Origin: Kiritimatiellia bacterium | GTDB lineage: Bacteria; Verrucomicrobiota; Kiritimatiellia; JAAZAB01 | Length of the DNA stretch: 64,000 nucleotides | Direction: 5' to 3' | NCBI GenBank assembly: GCA_040767085.1 | Contig: JAXGPF010000008.1 | Location: 214,482-278,481, forward strand | In this document: positions 47,008 to 57,303 of the stretch, one piece after another | How positions within the stretch are numbered: the stretch's first letter is position 1 | Layout: the number at the start of each line of letters is the position of its first letter | Made by a program: the position numbers and the translations under genes | Notes under the pieces: generated by a model | The model's database searches: none | Told to the model about the DNA's origin: nothing | Seen by the model: only the letters and a program-made list of their open reading frames with translations

Positions 47008-48220
47008 TGACGTTCTCCCTAAAAACTGGACCGTATTGAAAGAGAGTCCTCAATTGGGTAGAGTAGCCCGAGGAGGACAAAGATGCGAGGAAAACAGTTC
47101 AGTGAGGAACAGATTATCGGGGTGCTGAAGGAGGCGGAAGCCGGGATGCCGATGCCGGAGGTGTTGCGTAAACACGGCATTGCGCAAGGCACATTTTACC
47201 GCTGGAAGGCGAAGTATGGCGGGATGGAGATCAGCGAGGCCAAGCGGCTCAAAGGCCTGGAAGAAGAGAACCGGCGGCTGAAGCGGCTGGTAGCCGACCG
47301 AGGCGCTGGACATCCAGATGCTGAAGGATGTCGTCTCAAAAAAATGGTAACGCCCACGGCACGGCGGGGCGCGCGCACTACCTGGTCGAGTCCTACCAGG
47401 TCAGCGCGCGGCGTAGCTGTGGGTTGATGTAGATCGCTGCAGTAGTTTCTACTACAAGGGCAGGCGGACCAACGGACGAGCCATTGCGGGCGGCGATCCG
47501 AGCGGTCGCACAACAGGTCGCTGGGGCGAAAGCCCGCGGGTCGTGGTGCAACTGCGGCGGGAAGGCTGGAAAGACAACCACAAGCGGATCGAGCGGCTGT
47601 ATCGGGAGGAGGGGATTGCAAGTTCGGCGGCGCAACCGCAAGCGTGTCAGTCACGGTGAGCGCGAGCCGCTGGCAAAGCCAACAGTCAGGAACGAGTTGT
47701 GGGCGATGGATTTTGTCAGTGACACGATGACCAACGGACACAAGCTCAAGGTGCTGGCGATCATGGACTGCTTTAACCGGGAGTGCCTGGCGCTCGTGCC
47801 GGACACCTCTATCGGAGGCGGTCGGGTAGCCCGTACGCTCGAGGAACTAGGGTGTCAGCGGGGTTACCCCGGCAAATCATGATGGATAATGGACCGGAGT
47901 TTACCAGTGCAGCCTTGGATGCCTGGGCATATACACGGGACGTGAAACTGTATTTCATTGAACCAGGGAAGCCCTCCCCAAAATCATCGAAAGTTTCAAC
48001 GGCCGGTTTCGCGATGAATGCCTCAACGGGAACTATTTCGTCAGTTTGCCGGATGCCAGGAATTATTATCGAGAATTGGCGCTGGGATTTTAATGAGTGC
48101 CGCCCCCACAGCGCCCTGGGACACCTGACGCCAATCGAATTTGCGGAAGCTCAGGCGGTTGCGCCTGACCTTCCCCCTTTGACTGATCCATCCGCTAAGA
48201 GAGTCCAACAGAGAGCATCA
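47008..48220 (+). mobile_element. IS3-family (IS407 group) copy 1, frameshifted
   Basis: OrfA MRGKQFSEEQIIGVLKE at 47083; A-run slippery site (aaaaaaatggtaa); OrfB WAMDFVSD / DNGPEF / RPHSALG; degenerate right end near 48202-48220. Confidence 0.85.
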
Positions 48221-48289
48221 TAGCCCCGTTTTTTTGGTTGTCCACCTCTTTGTGCTTCCATACCGGCCCCCTTGAAGAATGGGGGCGGC

Positions 48290-48928
48290 GCAACCGCCTG
48301 AGCTTCCGCAAATTCGATTGGCGTCAGGTGTCCCAGGGCGCTGTGGGGGCGGCACTCATTAAAATCCCAGCGCCAATTCTCGATAATACTCCTGGCATCC
48401 GGCAAACTGACGAAATAGTTCCCGTTGAGGCATTCATCGCGAAACCGGCCGTTGAGAGCTTTTTCGATGTATCCATTTTGGGAGGGCTTCCCTGGTTCAA
48501 TGAAATACAGTTTCACGTCCGTGTATATGCCCAGGCATCCAAGGCTGCGCTTGGTAAACTCCGGTCATTATCCGTCATGATTTGCCGGGAAGTAACCCCG
48601 CGACACCCTTCCTCGAGCGGTACGGCTACCGACCGCCTCCGATAGAGGTGTCCGGCACGAGCAGGCCTCCCGGTTAAATAGTCCATGATCGCCAGCACCT
48701 TGAGCTTGTGTCCGTTGGTCATCGTGTCACTGACAAAATCCATCGCCCACAACTCGTTCCTGACTGTTGGCTTTGCCAGCGGCTCGCGCTCACCGTGACT
48801 GACACGCTTGCGGTTGCGCCGCCGAACTTGCAATCCCTCCTCCCGATACAGCCGCTCGATCCGCTTGTGGTTGTCTTTCCAGCATCCCGCCGCAGTTGCA
48901 CCACGACCCGCGGGCTGCCCCAGCGGAC
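48290..48928 (-). pseudogene. IS3-family copy 2, 3' part of orfB
   Basis: Reverse-complement match to 47.52-48.16 kb with indels. Confidence 0.85.
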
Positions 48929-49128
48929 TGAACAGGATCGGAGTAATTGATGTTTTTCCGGGTTGTTTGAGTCACGCTAAGTGATGGACGTGGGCAAGCG
49001 TCCATCAGATAAAGTGCTTCTTTTTGCTCCCCTTGATTTTGAGCATGCGGTAGCCTGCTGCGTCAGCGGCGGGGGCGCTACTCCTTGCAGCGTGCGTGGG
49101 CGATTTCGTTTTTATGGCAGCGACGCTT

Positions 49129-49480
49129 TTAAGACTCGGTCGAGGTCGGCTTGGATTGGTTGAACAGTTCTATATCCATGAATCCGTCTTGCACCTGTTT
49201 TTGCGCCTTGACCAGGGCTTCCCGGAAGAATGCCGCGGCGAGCGCCGGGTGACCTTTTTCGTAGACCATTCCCAGCCCGTTAAATCCGTCGGGCACATCG
49301 GGTTGCGCGAGCATAAGTTTGTTGAAAATTTCCTCGGCGTCGTTAAGCTTGCCGGCGTCAATCAGATCGAGTCCCTGATTCCACCATTCGATGTCGTCTT
49401 CTTCCTCGAGTGGCCGGATTTGCCGGGTATTGTTTTCTGATATTTGCGATATATTCCGCGATATTTATGGGAGCACGCAT
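49129..49480 (-). pseudogene. Small TPR-like protein, frameshifted
   Basis: WNQGLDLIDAGKLNDAEEIFNKLMLAQPDVPDGFNGLGMVY TPR-like helices. Confidence 0.55.
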
Positions 49481-50030
49481 ATGCATAAAGATTACTCAAC
49501 AGCGGTCATTTTATCAAGTATTTAGAGCGATTTGATGGGAAGATTGCGCAGGCCGCCAAGGCGGAGATGTGCCGGTATTGCGGCGGCAAGCTGCATTGCG
49601 GCGATTATGCGCGCAAGCCGCGCGGTGTTGTCGGGTGGGATAAACGCCACAGTTTTAACTGTGCGCGGTGTCGGCGGCGCAAGACGCCGCCCAGCGTGCG
49701 TTTTCTTGGGCGGCGGGTTTATGCGGGCGTGGTGGTGGCGCTGGTGAGCGCGCTGATGCATGGTCTGAATGCTGGGCGCGCGCAGGTATTGGTTGAAAAA
49801 CTGGGCATTGACCGGCGAACATTAAAGCGTTGGCTTGCATGGTGGCGCGCGGTGTTTGTGACGAGCGGGTTTTGGAAGGGCGCTCAGGCAGTTTTATGCC
49901 ACAGGTTGAGGCTACCCGGATGCCGTTGAGTTTATTGGAGGCGTTTGGCGCGGAGCGGCGCGCGGGATGTTCAAGCTGTTACTTTTTATTGCGCCGATTA
50001 CCACTGGTTCGTGTGAAATGGCGGTGGTTA
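49481..50030 (+). pseudogene. Cys-rich transposon-associated small protein with HTH-like segment, frameshifted
   Basis: CRYCGGKLH..Y.RKPRG...C..CRRRKTPPSVRFLGRRVY, LGIDRRTLKRW. Confidence 0.6.
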
Positions 50031-50165
50031 TGTGATGGTTGTTTCTCCCGCAGAGCATGCCGCTGGAGCTTTGCGCGAGGCGTTCGTTATACCTTGGGCG
50101 GCATTGCAACGGAATGGTCGGCGGAGCGGAATGGATTTCGCTTGGCGGCAGACAGGAGGGTGCGC

Positions 50166-51649
50166 AATGCCAAAACAGGATGCGGATTATAGCGCGGGTG
50201 GCGGTGGTTGCGGGGGATGCGCGCGGTGGGCGCATTTCGTTTCAGCGTAATTGGCCCATTGGTAGCGCCGCCGGGGCGGGCGATTTGCGGTGGAGATTGC
50301 GCTTCTGGCCGGCAAGCAATGGCGGCATCCGGTGACGGGGCAATGGGTGCGGTTTGGGGTCAGCTACGATTGAGCGGTGGTATTACCGGGCTTTACATGG
50401 GGTAAAGACCCGGTCGGCGTGTTGACGCGCAAGGTGCGCAACGATCATGGCGCTACATCGCAGTTTGAGCTTTGAGTTGCGCAATGCAATGGCGTCCAGC
50501 ACCAACAACACCCGGAGTGGAGTTGCCAACTGCATTACGACAACCTGGCGGTGCGCGTGGCGGAGGATTCGCGACTGGGAGCGTTACCGTCTTATGTGTC
50601 GGTGCGCCGTTATATGCGTGCCGCGGGGATGTTCAAGCGCCGCCGTTTGGCGGACGCCGGGATACCGCCACGGGCCGCCGAAGCGCGGTTTGCGGCTTTA
50701 GAGGTGCGCTCCTACGAAAGCGAGTACGTCAATGCGCTATGGCATTTGGACTTTCATCAGGGATCAATCCCGGTCTTGACCAAGCCCGGCAGTGGTTGCG
50801 GCCGCAATTACTTGGAGTGTTGGACGATCATTCCCGCATGTGCTGCCACTTGCAGTGGTACTGGCGAAAACCGCCGAGAACCTGACGCATGGGTTAAGCC
50901 AAGCCATGCAAAAATGCGGTCTGCGAGGCGCTGATGACGGACAACGGCGGCGCTATGACGGCCGACGAAACCACGCAAGGACTCGCGCGTTTAGGTGTTT
51001 TACACGAGAAGACGCTGCCCTATAGCGCCTACCAGAACGGCAAACAGGAATCCTTCTGGGGGCAAATAGAAGAGGGCGGTTGCTGCCCATGCTCGGCGGC
51101 TGCCCTGGTTGACGCTGGCACAGCTCAACCAGGCGACACAGGCCTGGGTCGAAATGGAATATAACCGCAAGGTGCATTCCGCGACCGCCCGATCGCCGGT
51201 TGATCGTTTTGTCAATGTCAAAGACGTGGGCAGGAGAACTTGCCCATCCGCGGAAGTCTTGCGCCAGGCATTCACCGCCGGATGTTCGCGAACGCAACGC
51301 TTTAGTGATGCGCGCATTAGCATTGACGGCGTACGCTTCAGTGCGCTTCCCGCTACCGCCATATCAAACGCATCGGCGTGCGATACGCCTGTCATGGGAC
51401 TTGTCTTATGTTCATCTGGCCGACGCGCGTAGCGATCAAATCTTGACGCGGCTATTTCCGCAAGACAAACACAAAAACGCCGACGGCCACCGCCGCCAAA
51501 AGGAAACCATAGGCGACCATCCCGATCAACATCGCCGCCGCCGCGGTCAACCGGCATGGCACTGTTGCGCAAATTCATCGCGGATTATGCCGCCACCCGG
51601 GCTGCCGCCAGCTTATCTACCAAAGGATGAACTCAAAATACAGGAGTAA
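50166..51649 (+). pseudogene. DDE (rve) transposase, IS481/Mu-like, multiple frameshifts
   Basis: LWHLDFH, LDDHSR, TDNGGAM, NGKQESFWG, EYNRKVHS fragments in different frames. Confidence 0.8.
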
Positions 51650-51658
51650 TCAAACATC

Positions 51659-52491
51659 ATGAGTAAAAAACTACTTGCGCTATACAGCCTGAAGTACAAC
51701 CCGTTCTGGGAAATTGCCGACCGCCGCACTATTCAGGACGCCGGCCGTCGAACATTTTTGCTGGCGGATTGAAAATCAGGTCGGCGAAGGCGGCTTCGCG
51801 TTGGTTACCGGCTCGCCCGGATCGGCAAAAGCGTGGCGCTGCGCTGTTCTGGCCGACCGGCTGCGCGGCATCCCGGATATCACCGTCGGCATCATCACCC
51901 GACCACAAGCATCCGTGGCCGACTTCTACCGCGAAATGGGCGATCTGTTCGCAACTACGCTGACGCCAAGCAACCGTTGGGGCGGCGGCAAGGCGTTGCG
52001 TCAAAAATGGCTGACCCATATTGACGCCTCGCTCTACCGCCCCGTCCTCCTCATCGATGAAGCCCAACTCATGACGCCGGGAACACTGGGTGAACTGCGC
52101 ATGCTGGCAAGCGCCGAACTCGACTCGCGTAGCATCGTCACCGTGGTGCTCGCCGGGGATGAAAGACTGGTTAACAAACTGCGCAGCGACGACCTGTTGC
52201 CAATGGCCCCGGCCGTATCCGCTGCCGGCTGCCCTGTGACCCCGCCACCCCTCAACAACTACATGATCACCTCAACCATCAGCTAAAACAGGCCGGCAAC
52301 ACCAGATTGCTTTCAGACCCCGTAATCGCCGCGCTTTGCGAACATGCCGCCGGAAATTACCGGTCTTTAATGAACGCATGGCCAACGACCTCTTGGCCGC
52401 CGCATTACAAACGTGAACTCGACAAATTGATGAAAAACTCTTCTTCGATGTGTTCAATATCCGTGCCATATCAACGCAAAAAATCCCAATA
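51659..52491 (+). pseudogene. ExeA/GspA-like AAA ATPase, frameshifted
   Basis: MSKKLLALYSLKYNPF, ALVTG.PG(.GKS), VLLIDEAQ, AGNYRSLMN. Confidence 0.8.
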
Positions 52492-52645
52492 AAGCAACAA
52501 CACTTAAACACGACAAGTAAAGACAGGGGCGCCTACACGTCACGCCCAATTAAAAAGCGAATAGGCTCTCATTAAACAAGCCAGGCCAAACACATATCCA
52601 TCAATTATCACGACAAATCATCCATCATTTTTTGTGATCGCTCTC

Positions 52646-53155
52646 CGAACCCGCTTCTGTGCGACCGCTCGGATCGCCGCCCGCAATGGCTCGTCCGTCC
52701 TCGCTCTGCCCTTGTAGTAGAAACTACTGCAGCGGATCTGCATCAACCCACAGCTACGCCGCGCTGACCTGGTAGGACTCGACCAGGTAGTGCGCGGCCT
52801 TCGTGCCGTGGGCGTTACCATTTTTTGAGACGACATCCTTCAGCATCTGGATGTCCAGCGCCTGGTCGGCTACCAGCCGCGCCAGCCGCCGGTTCTCTTC
52901 TTCCAGGCCTTTGAGCCGCTTGGCCTCGCTGATCTCCATCCCGCCATACTTCGCCTTCCAGCGGTAAAATGTGCCTTGCGCAATGCCGTGTTTACGCAAC
53001 ACCTCCGGCATCGGCATCCCGGCTTCCGCCTCCTTCAGCACCCCGATAATCTGTTCCTCACTGAACTGTTTTCCTCGCATCTTTGTCCTCCTCGGGCTAC
53101 TCTACCCAATTGAGGACTCTCTTTCAATACGGTCCAGTTTTTAGGGAGAACGTCA
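52646..53155 (-). pseudogene. IS3-family copy 2, 5' part (left end, orfA, start of orfB)
   Basis: OrfA 53080->~52815 near-identical to 47083 onward. Confidence 0.88.
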
Positions 53156-53345
53156 GCCTGGGTCCCTTGGCCGCCTCCGATCCGGAACGGCGCGCAAGGG
53201 ACTGCGCGCCCTACCTCTGGAACAGCACGCAAAGCGCGGGGCGCGCTGGCGGCACTGCGCGCCCTGCCTCTGGAACAGCATGCAAGGCACGGGGCGCGCT
53301 GGCGGCGCTGCGCGCCCTGCCTCCGGCACGGCGCGCAAGGCATGG
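53156..53345 (+). repeat. Right half of the split REP plus ~3 tandem 53-bp REP-derived units
   Basis: (a/g)ctgcgcgccct(a/g)cctc.gg.ac.gc..gcaa.gc..gg units at 53201, 53254, 53307. Confidence 0.85.
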
Positions 53346-53459
53346 AAGCGAGCCGCGGAGTATGACGCCGCCGTGTCCCCCGGGCATCGCTCCCGGCAAA
53401 TTTCTGCTTGTAAACACCGGGTGTTTGGTATACCGTAACCCCCAGTTTTGACGCAATCC

Positions 53460-53545
53460 GCCGGGGTGGCGAAATGGCAGACGCACTGGACTCAAAATCC
53501 AGCGGTGGCAACACCATGAGGGTTCAACTCCCTCCTCCGGCACCA
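53460..53545 (+). tRNA. tRNA-Leu(CAA)
   Basis: GCCGGGG/CTCCGGC acceptor stem, CTGGA-CT-CAA-AA-TCCAG anticodon arm, long variable arm, GGTTCAA T-loop, encoded CCA. Confidence 0.96.
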
Positions 53546-55028
53546 GCCCCGGCTGTGTGATGCAGCCTCCCCAAGCTCTTTTCTCCTCTTGGCCGCCCCT
53601 ACTGATCCTGTAATATGGCGATGAACGCAGCAGCGGCGTTGGGAACGGACTAGTGCGTCTTCTAGGCTGGTGTTTTGGAAGATCACTGTATGATACCAAT
53701 GGAAGATGGCTGAGAGGATGACTGCACTTCCTTGATGAGCGCCTCACAGGAGTATACGATCTGTGATAGTATGGTGTTCTTGCTGTATAGGCCAGCAGTC
53801 AGCATTGTTTTAGCGAGCTTGTTATGATCGCACCATAGTTGTCTGTGGGTGGCGACGAAGGCAACGCGTTGCTGGTGTGCACTTCGACGTGGGTTCTGGC
53901 GAATTCCGTGCCGCCAATCGAAGTAATCTTTTGCGGCCTTCATTCCCGCAAAGGAAAGAACTTTTTTTGCATTCGAAACTTCCTTCATAAGGCGGGCGTA
54001 AAGGGCGGCCACCATATCACCCTCTGTCATCGGCAGCCACTCGACTGAGCCCGGGGCACCGTCTGGTGAAAACCTAATGCGGAGAGTACCGCATGCCAGG
54101 TACTGATTGAGTGGTCGTACATTCCGGTACTTATCAAAGACCCACACGACACGCGCCCTCACATAGTCACGCGCGGTGTTCATTGTCGCAACGGCATAGC
54201 CAAGTCGCGCGAGTGCGGGGTCGATCATGTCGAAGCACCCACGTTTGAGCGAGGTGAAACCTCTTGCTTCGAAGAGAGGCGCGAGCGAATTGAGCATCTC
54301 AAGTATGTCGCATGTCGGTTTAGTGTAGGAATAGATGACGCCGAGAACATGGCTTAGGCGGATATAACCTTGTTGTTCGATCGGTGTTAGCAGGTAGTCG
54401 GGGACGCAGAGACTTAATGGCACTTGGGCGCGATGGACGTAGAGTCGCCAGAAATCTCGATTATATGATTGGTCGTGGATGAAGATGTCGGAATCCATTC
54501 TGCGGTTATCAGCAGCGAAGGAGAGCGAGAAGCCGCTGTGACAGATAGACGGCGCTACTTCCCCTGTCTTTGAGTTTGGGCGGATGAAGGGACCGGCGGT
54601 TACGGTCTCGACTAGTTGAGAGCACTTGCGTTTCCATTCCTGTTGAATGTCCGCGAGTTGCCTGTCGATCTCATCGTCTGTAGACGGGTGGTCGTCTCCA
54701 GTAGTGCAAGCCCATCTGCGCCGTTTTGGATACACACTTGTTCTGTCCCGAATGCTGTTCCAATACTGGAGGAGATGATCCTTCTTCGATCTCGGGGAGC
54801 GGGCGGCCTTTTGTATGCATGTGAACAACACAGCGAGGGAGCGGAAGACGCGGACGCCCTCTTTGTAGTCGGTGTTGGGATACCAAGGGTAGGTAAGTTC
54901 GAAGCTGCGGTTATATATTGTATCGTCGGGCTTCGGGTCAGATAAGTGCAAAACGGCATCGAGGCGAGGAACGGGCTTCTTGCTGCGGACCTTCTCCACC
55001 TCGGGAATGACTGCAGACATGAAGAAAT

Positions 55029-56562
55029 GTTTCCTCACCAGAATTTGTGGGTGATTACCGGTTCGGGCAATTGCCCAAGGGTATGATATAGCGCCATTTC
55101 CGCGCCATGAAAAGTTCTGAAGCCATAAGATCGTTTGGTAACCACTCGAGCTTTATTGTTCAAGCCCTCGGTTGCGCCAGTAAAAACCTCGTTTCTGGCT
55201 CTGATCCAGTTCAAAAGCAGCTCCTCGTGTTTAGCAATGGTTTTAGCCGCCTTAATGATTGGCGCAATGCGGCTACGACAGGCGCGCTTGACCCATGCCT
55301 GGAGATAATTACGCGCCCAGGTTGGGCTGTGATAGCTCCAAAAATGCTGAAAGCTTTCCTTGAACAAATAGGCGCGGCCGGTTTGCAGTCTTGTGCCCAA
55401 TATCCGATCAAGCATTTCGCGAGCTTTGCCGCGCACGCGGGTTTTGCGGCGCAGCAAGGTCCAGCGCATTTTCTTGAGTTTTTGCTTGGCCGCCGGACGC
55501 GCTGTCATCGCCGCCATATCCCGGCGCCGGACCTCGTCCACGGCGGCATTCAAGGTTTGCACGACATGGAAGCGGTCAATCATGTGGCAACCGTGGCTGA
55601 GGCTCGCAGCAATGACTTTCAGATAAGGTCGCCACATATCGCTACATATATGTCGAATGCCGGCCAGCACGGGTTTTCCCAAAGATTGCAACCCTTTACG
55701 CAGCGCGGCCGCCCGGCGGGTTTGGCCGACCCAGAGCAATCGGCGGCATTGCGCATCAATCTGATAGATCAAGGTCAGATAGTTCTTGCTCTTTTTACCG
55801 TTGCCTACGTGGAGTTCATCAACACCAATCGCCGTTATATTGGCCAATTCCCGGTGCGCCAAGCCCCATTCCACCATCCACTCGACCGACCGATAAACCG
55901 CCTGCCAACTGACTTTGAAAATCAGCGCCGTCTCTTTCCAGGACAACCTCCGCGCCCAGTTCCCCAAAAAAAGCATCAGCGCCTTGCTGTAGGGTCGTTT
56001 GCCATCGCTCCAAGGCAGCGCTTCCACCACCACGCCATGTTCGGGGCAATTTACCCGGCGCGGACTATAATGCAAAAAAGCCGGCACATTCAAAATGGGC
56101 ACAAACGCCCATATCCGTTCAGGCAGAGTGTCGTATGTCGCCAGCGGTCGCCCGCAACGCGAGCAGCATGCCGCGCGTTGGCGATGCGGACGAATGCTTA
56201 TATCCACTTTCCATTGGCCGCGACGATCCAAAACCATACAAGTTTCCTGATAAATAAAACGTTTCAAAGGTTGCAAACGATTCAAAATTGTTTTAAGTTT
56301 CACCTTGGGCTGGTCCTCCTTTTTTTGTGTTCACCCATTGCATACGCAATGGATTACGGAAAGGCCAGCCTATTTTTTTGCCGCCGCTTTATCTCCGTTC
56401 CGCCATCGCGCCAATCAGGAGTTATTAATCAGGCTGCTGCGGGGCCGCCAAACGCCCAAAGCGGCAGGCTGTTAATAACTCCACCATCTTTTGGCGCCAT
56501 TGCTTGGAGAACTTCTTAAACTTTAAAACCTGTTTTTTACCCACAAATTCTGGTTAGGAGCC
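55029..56562 (-). mobile_element. ISL3-family insertion sequence (1534 bp), 8-bp target duplication GAAGAAAT
   Basis: IRs gtttcctcaccagaatttgtgggt / acccacaaattctggttaggagcc; gaagaaat at 55021-55028 and 56563-56570. Confidence 0.93.
55035..56303 (-). CDS. ISL3 transposase, intact
   Basis: C..CG zinc finger, IGVDE, SDMW..Y, DRFHV, EGLNNK...KRSYGFR. Confidence 0.95.
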   Translation of the reverse strand: MKLKTILNRLQPLKRFIYQETCMVLDRRGQWKVDISIRPHRQRAACCSRCGRPLATYDTLPERIWAFVPILNVPAFLHYSPRRVNCPEHGVVVEALPWSDGKRPYSKALMLFLGNWARRLSWKETALIFKVSWQAVYRSVEWMVEWGLAHRELANITAIGVDELHVGNGKKSKNYLTLIYQIDAQCRRLLWVGQTRRAAALRKGLQSLGKPVLAGIRHICSDMWRPYLKVIAASLSHGCHMIDRFHVVQTLNAAVDEVRRRDMAAMTARPAAKQKLKKMRWTLLRRKTRVRGKAREMLDRILGTRLQTGRAYLFKESFQHFWSYHSPTWARNYLQAWVKRACRSRIAPIIKAAKTIAKHEELLLNWIRARNEVFTGATEGLNNKARVVTKRSYGFRTFHGAEMALYHTLGQLPEPVITHKFW

Positions 56563-57303
56563 GAAGAAATCAATAGGAGCCATGTCTAGGAGTTTCCACA
56601 CGATGGCGCGGTAGTTGTCGTAAATCTCACGGAAGGCAATAATCTCATGCGTGTCGTTGAGTCTCAGAGCGAGATTTACATAGGAAAGGTGCACCATATC
56701 GGGGCCATACTTTGGTGCCGGCACACGGCGCAGCATGGCCGCTTCGATCTCCATCCCGGATTCGATCACGCCGGGGCCCGGGTGACTCCGAATCTGTGCA
56801 AGATTGGGTTGTCCGATCCTCTCTCGATACGTGTCGTTTGGGCAGATGATGGAACTGCCGACATGGATATACGGAGTTAAGGCATAACGTTGGTCAAAGA
56901 CTACATCCGGCAAAAGTATCCGACCGACTGACTTCTGCGCCTCTTCGAGAAGTTTCTGAAGATCATCGCATGCTAAAGCGAACACCTGCCTACATAGTTC
57001 AGGCCAGGGGATTGACAGGGCCTCGTCTTTCTCGTAGGGTGGCAGGGATTCTAGATAATCAAGAGTGCGTTTCATGAGGCAACTTCTCTCCAACTTGACA
57101 GACCTGTGCACTTGCTTCCATAGAGTAGATACAGTTCAATAACACACATCTTCTCTTTGAAGGTATGAACTAAGTCCGCTTTCATGTCTTGGCAGTTATG
57201 AAGTTTCCATGTGATGACGTCGTGAAAGCGTGGCAAGATGTATATATAATTCGCTTCCTTTTCAGTCTTTCGAGAGCGGCTTCTCTCATGGCCTTACTGT
57301 TTC

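Larger units (their letters stand above)
48929..52645 (+). mobile_element. Mu/IS481-like transposase + ExeA-type ATPase element inserted in IS3 copy 2
   Basis: Sits exactly between the two halves of IS3 copy 2; imperfect 5-bp duplication cggac (48924-48928) / cgaac (52646-52650). Confidence 0.7.
47008..53155. mobile_element. Composite element bounded by two inverted IS3-family left ends, 4-bp target duplication GCCT
   Basis: tgacgttctccctaaaaactggaccg at 47008 and its reverse complement ending 53155; gcct at 47004-47007 and 53156-53159; flanks rejoin into the REP seen intact at 40.9-41.1 kb. Confidence 0.85.
53683..57075 (-). pseudogene. ~616-aa hypothetical protein disrupted by ISL3
   Basis: Removing the IS and one gaagaaat copy joins ...MAPIDFF to MSAVIPEV... 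in frame. Confidence 0.8.

Noticed and set aside
51659..52491. Type II secretion ExeA or a CAST/Tn7 system
   Set aside because: No secretion, cas, tnsA or recognisable tniQ genes; the ATPase is a transposase partner
53201..53345. Possible CRISPR array
   Set aside because: Units are contiguous and similar along their whole length; REP-derived
55107..56519. 470-aa plus-strand ORF in the ISL3
   Set aside because: Antisense to the transposase with no recognisable motif
56554..57111. Stand-alone 185-aa gene (and stand-alone 451-aa gene at 53683-55038)
   Set aside because: The stop of one and the start of the other lie inside ISL3 ends; they are halves of one gene
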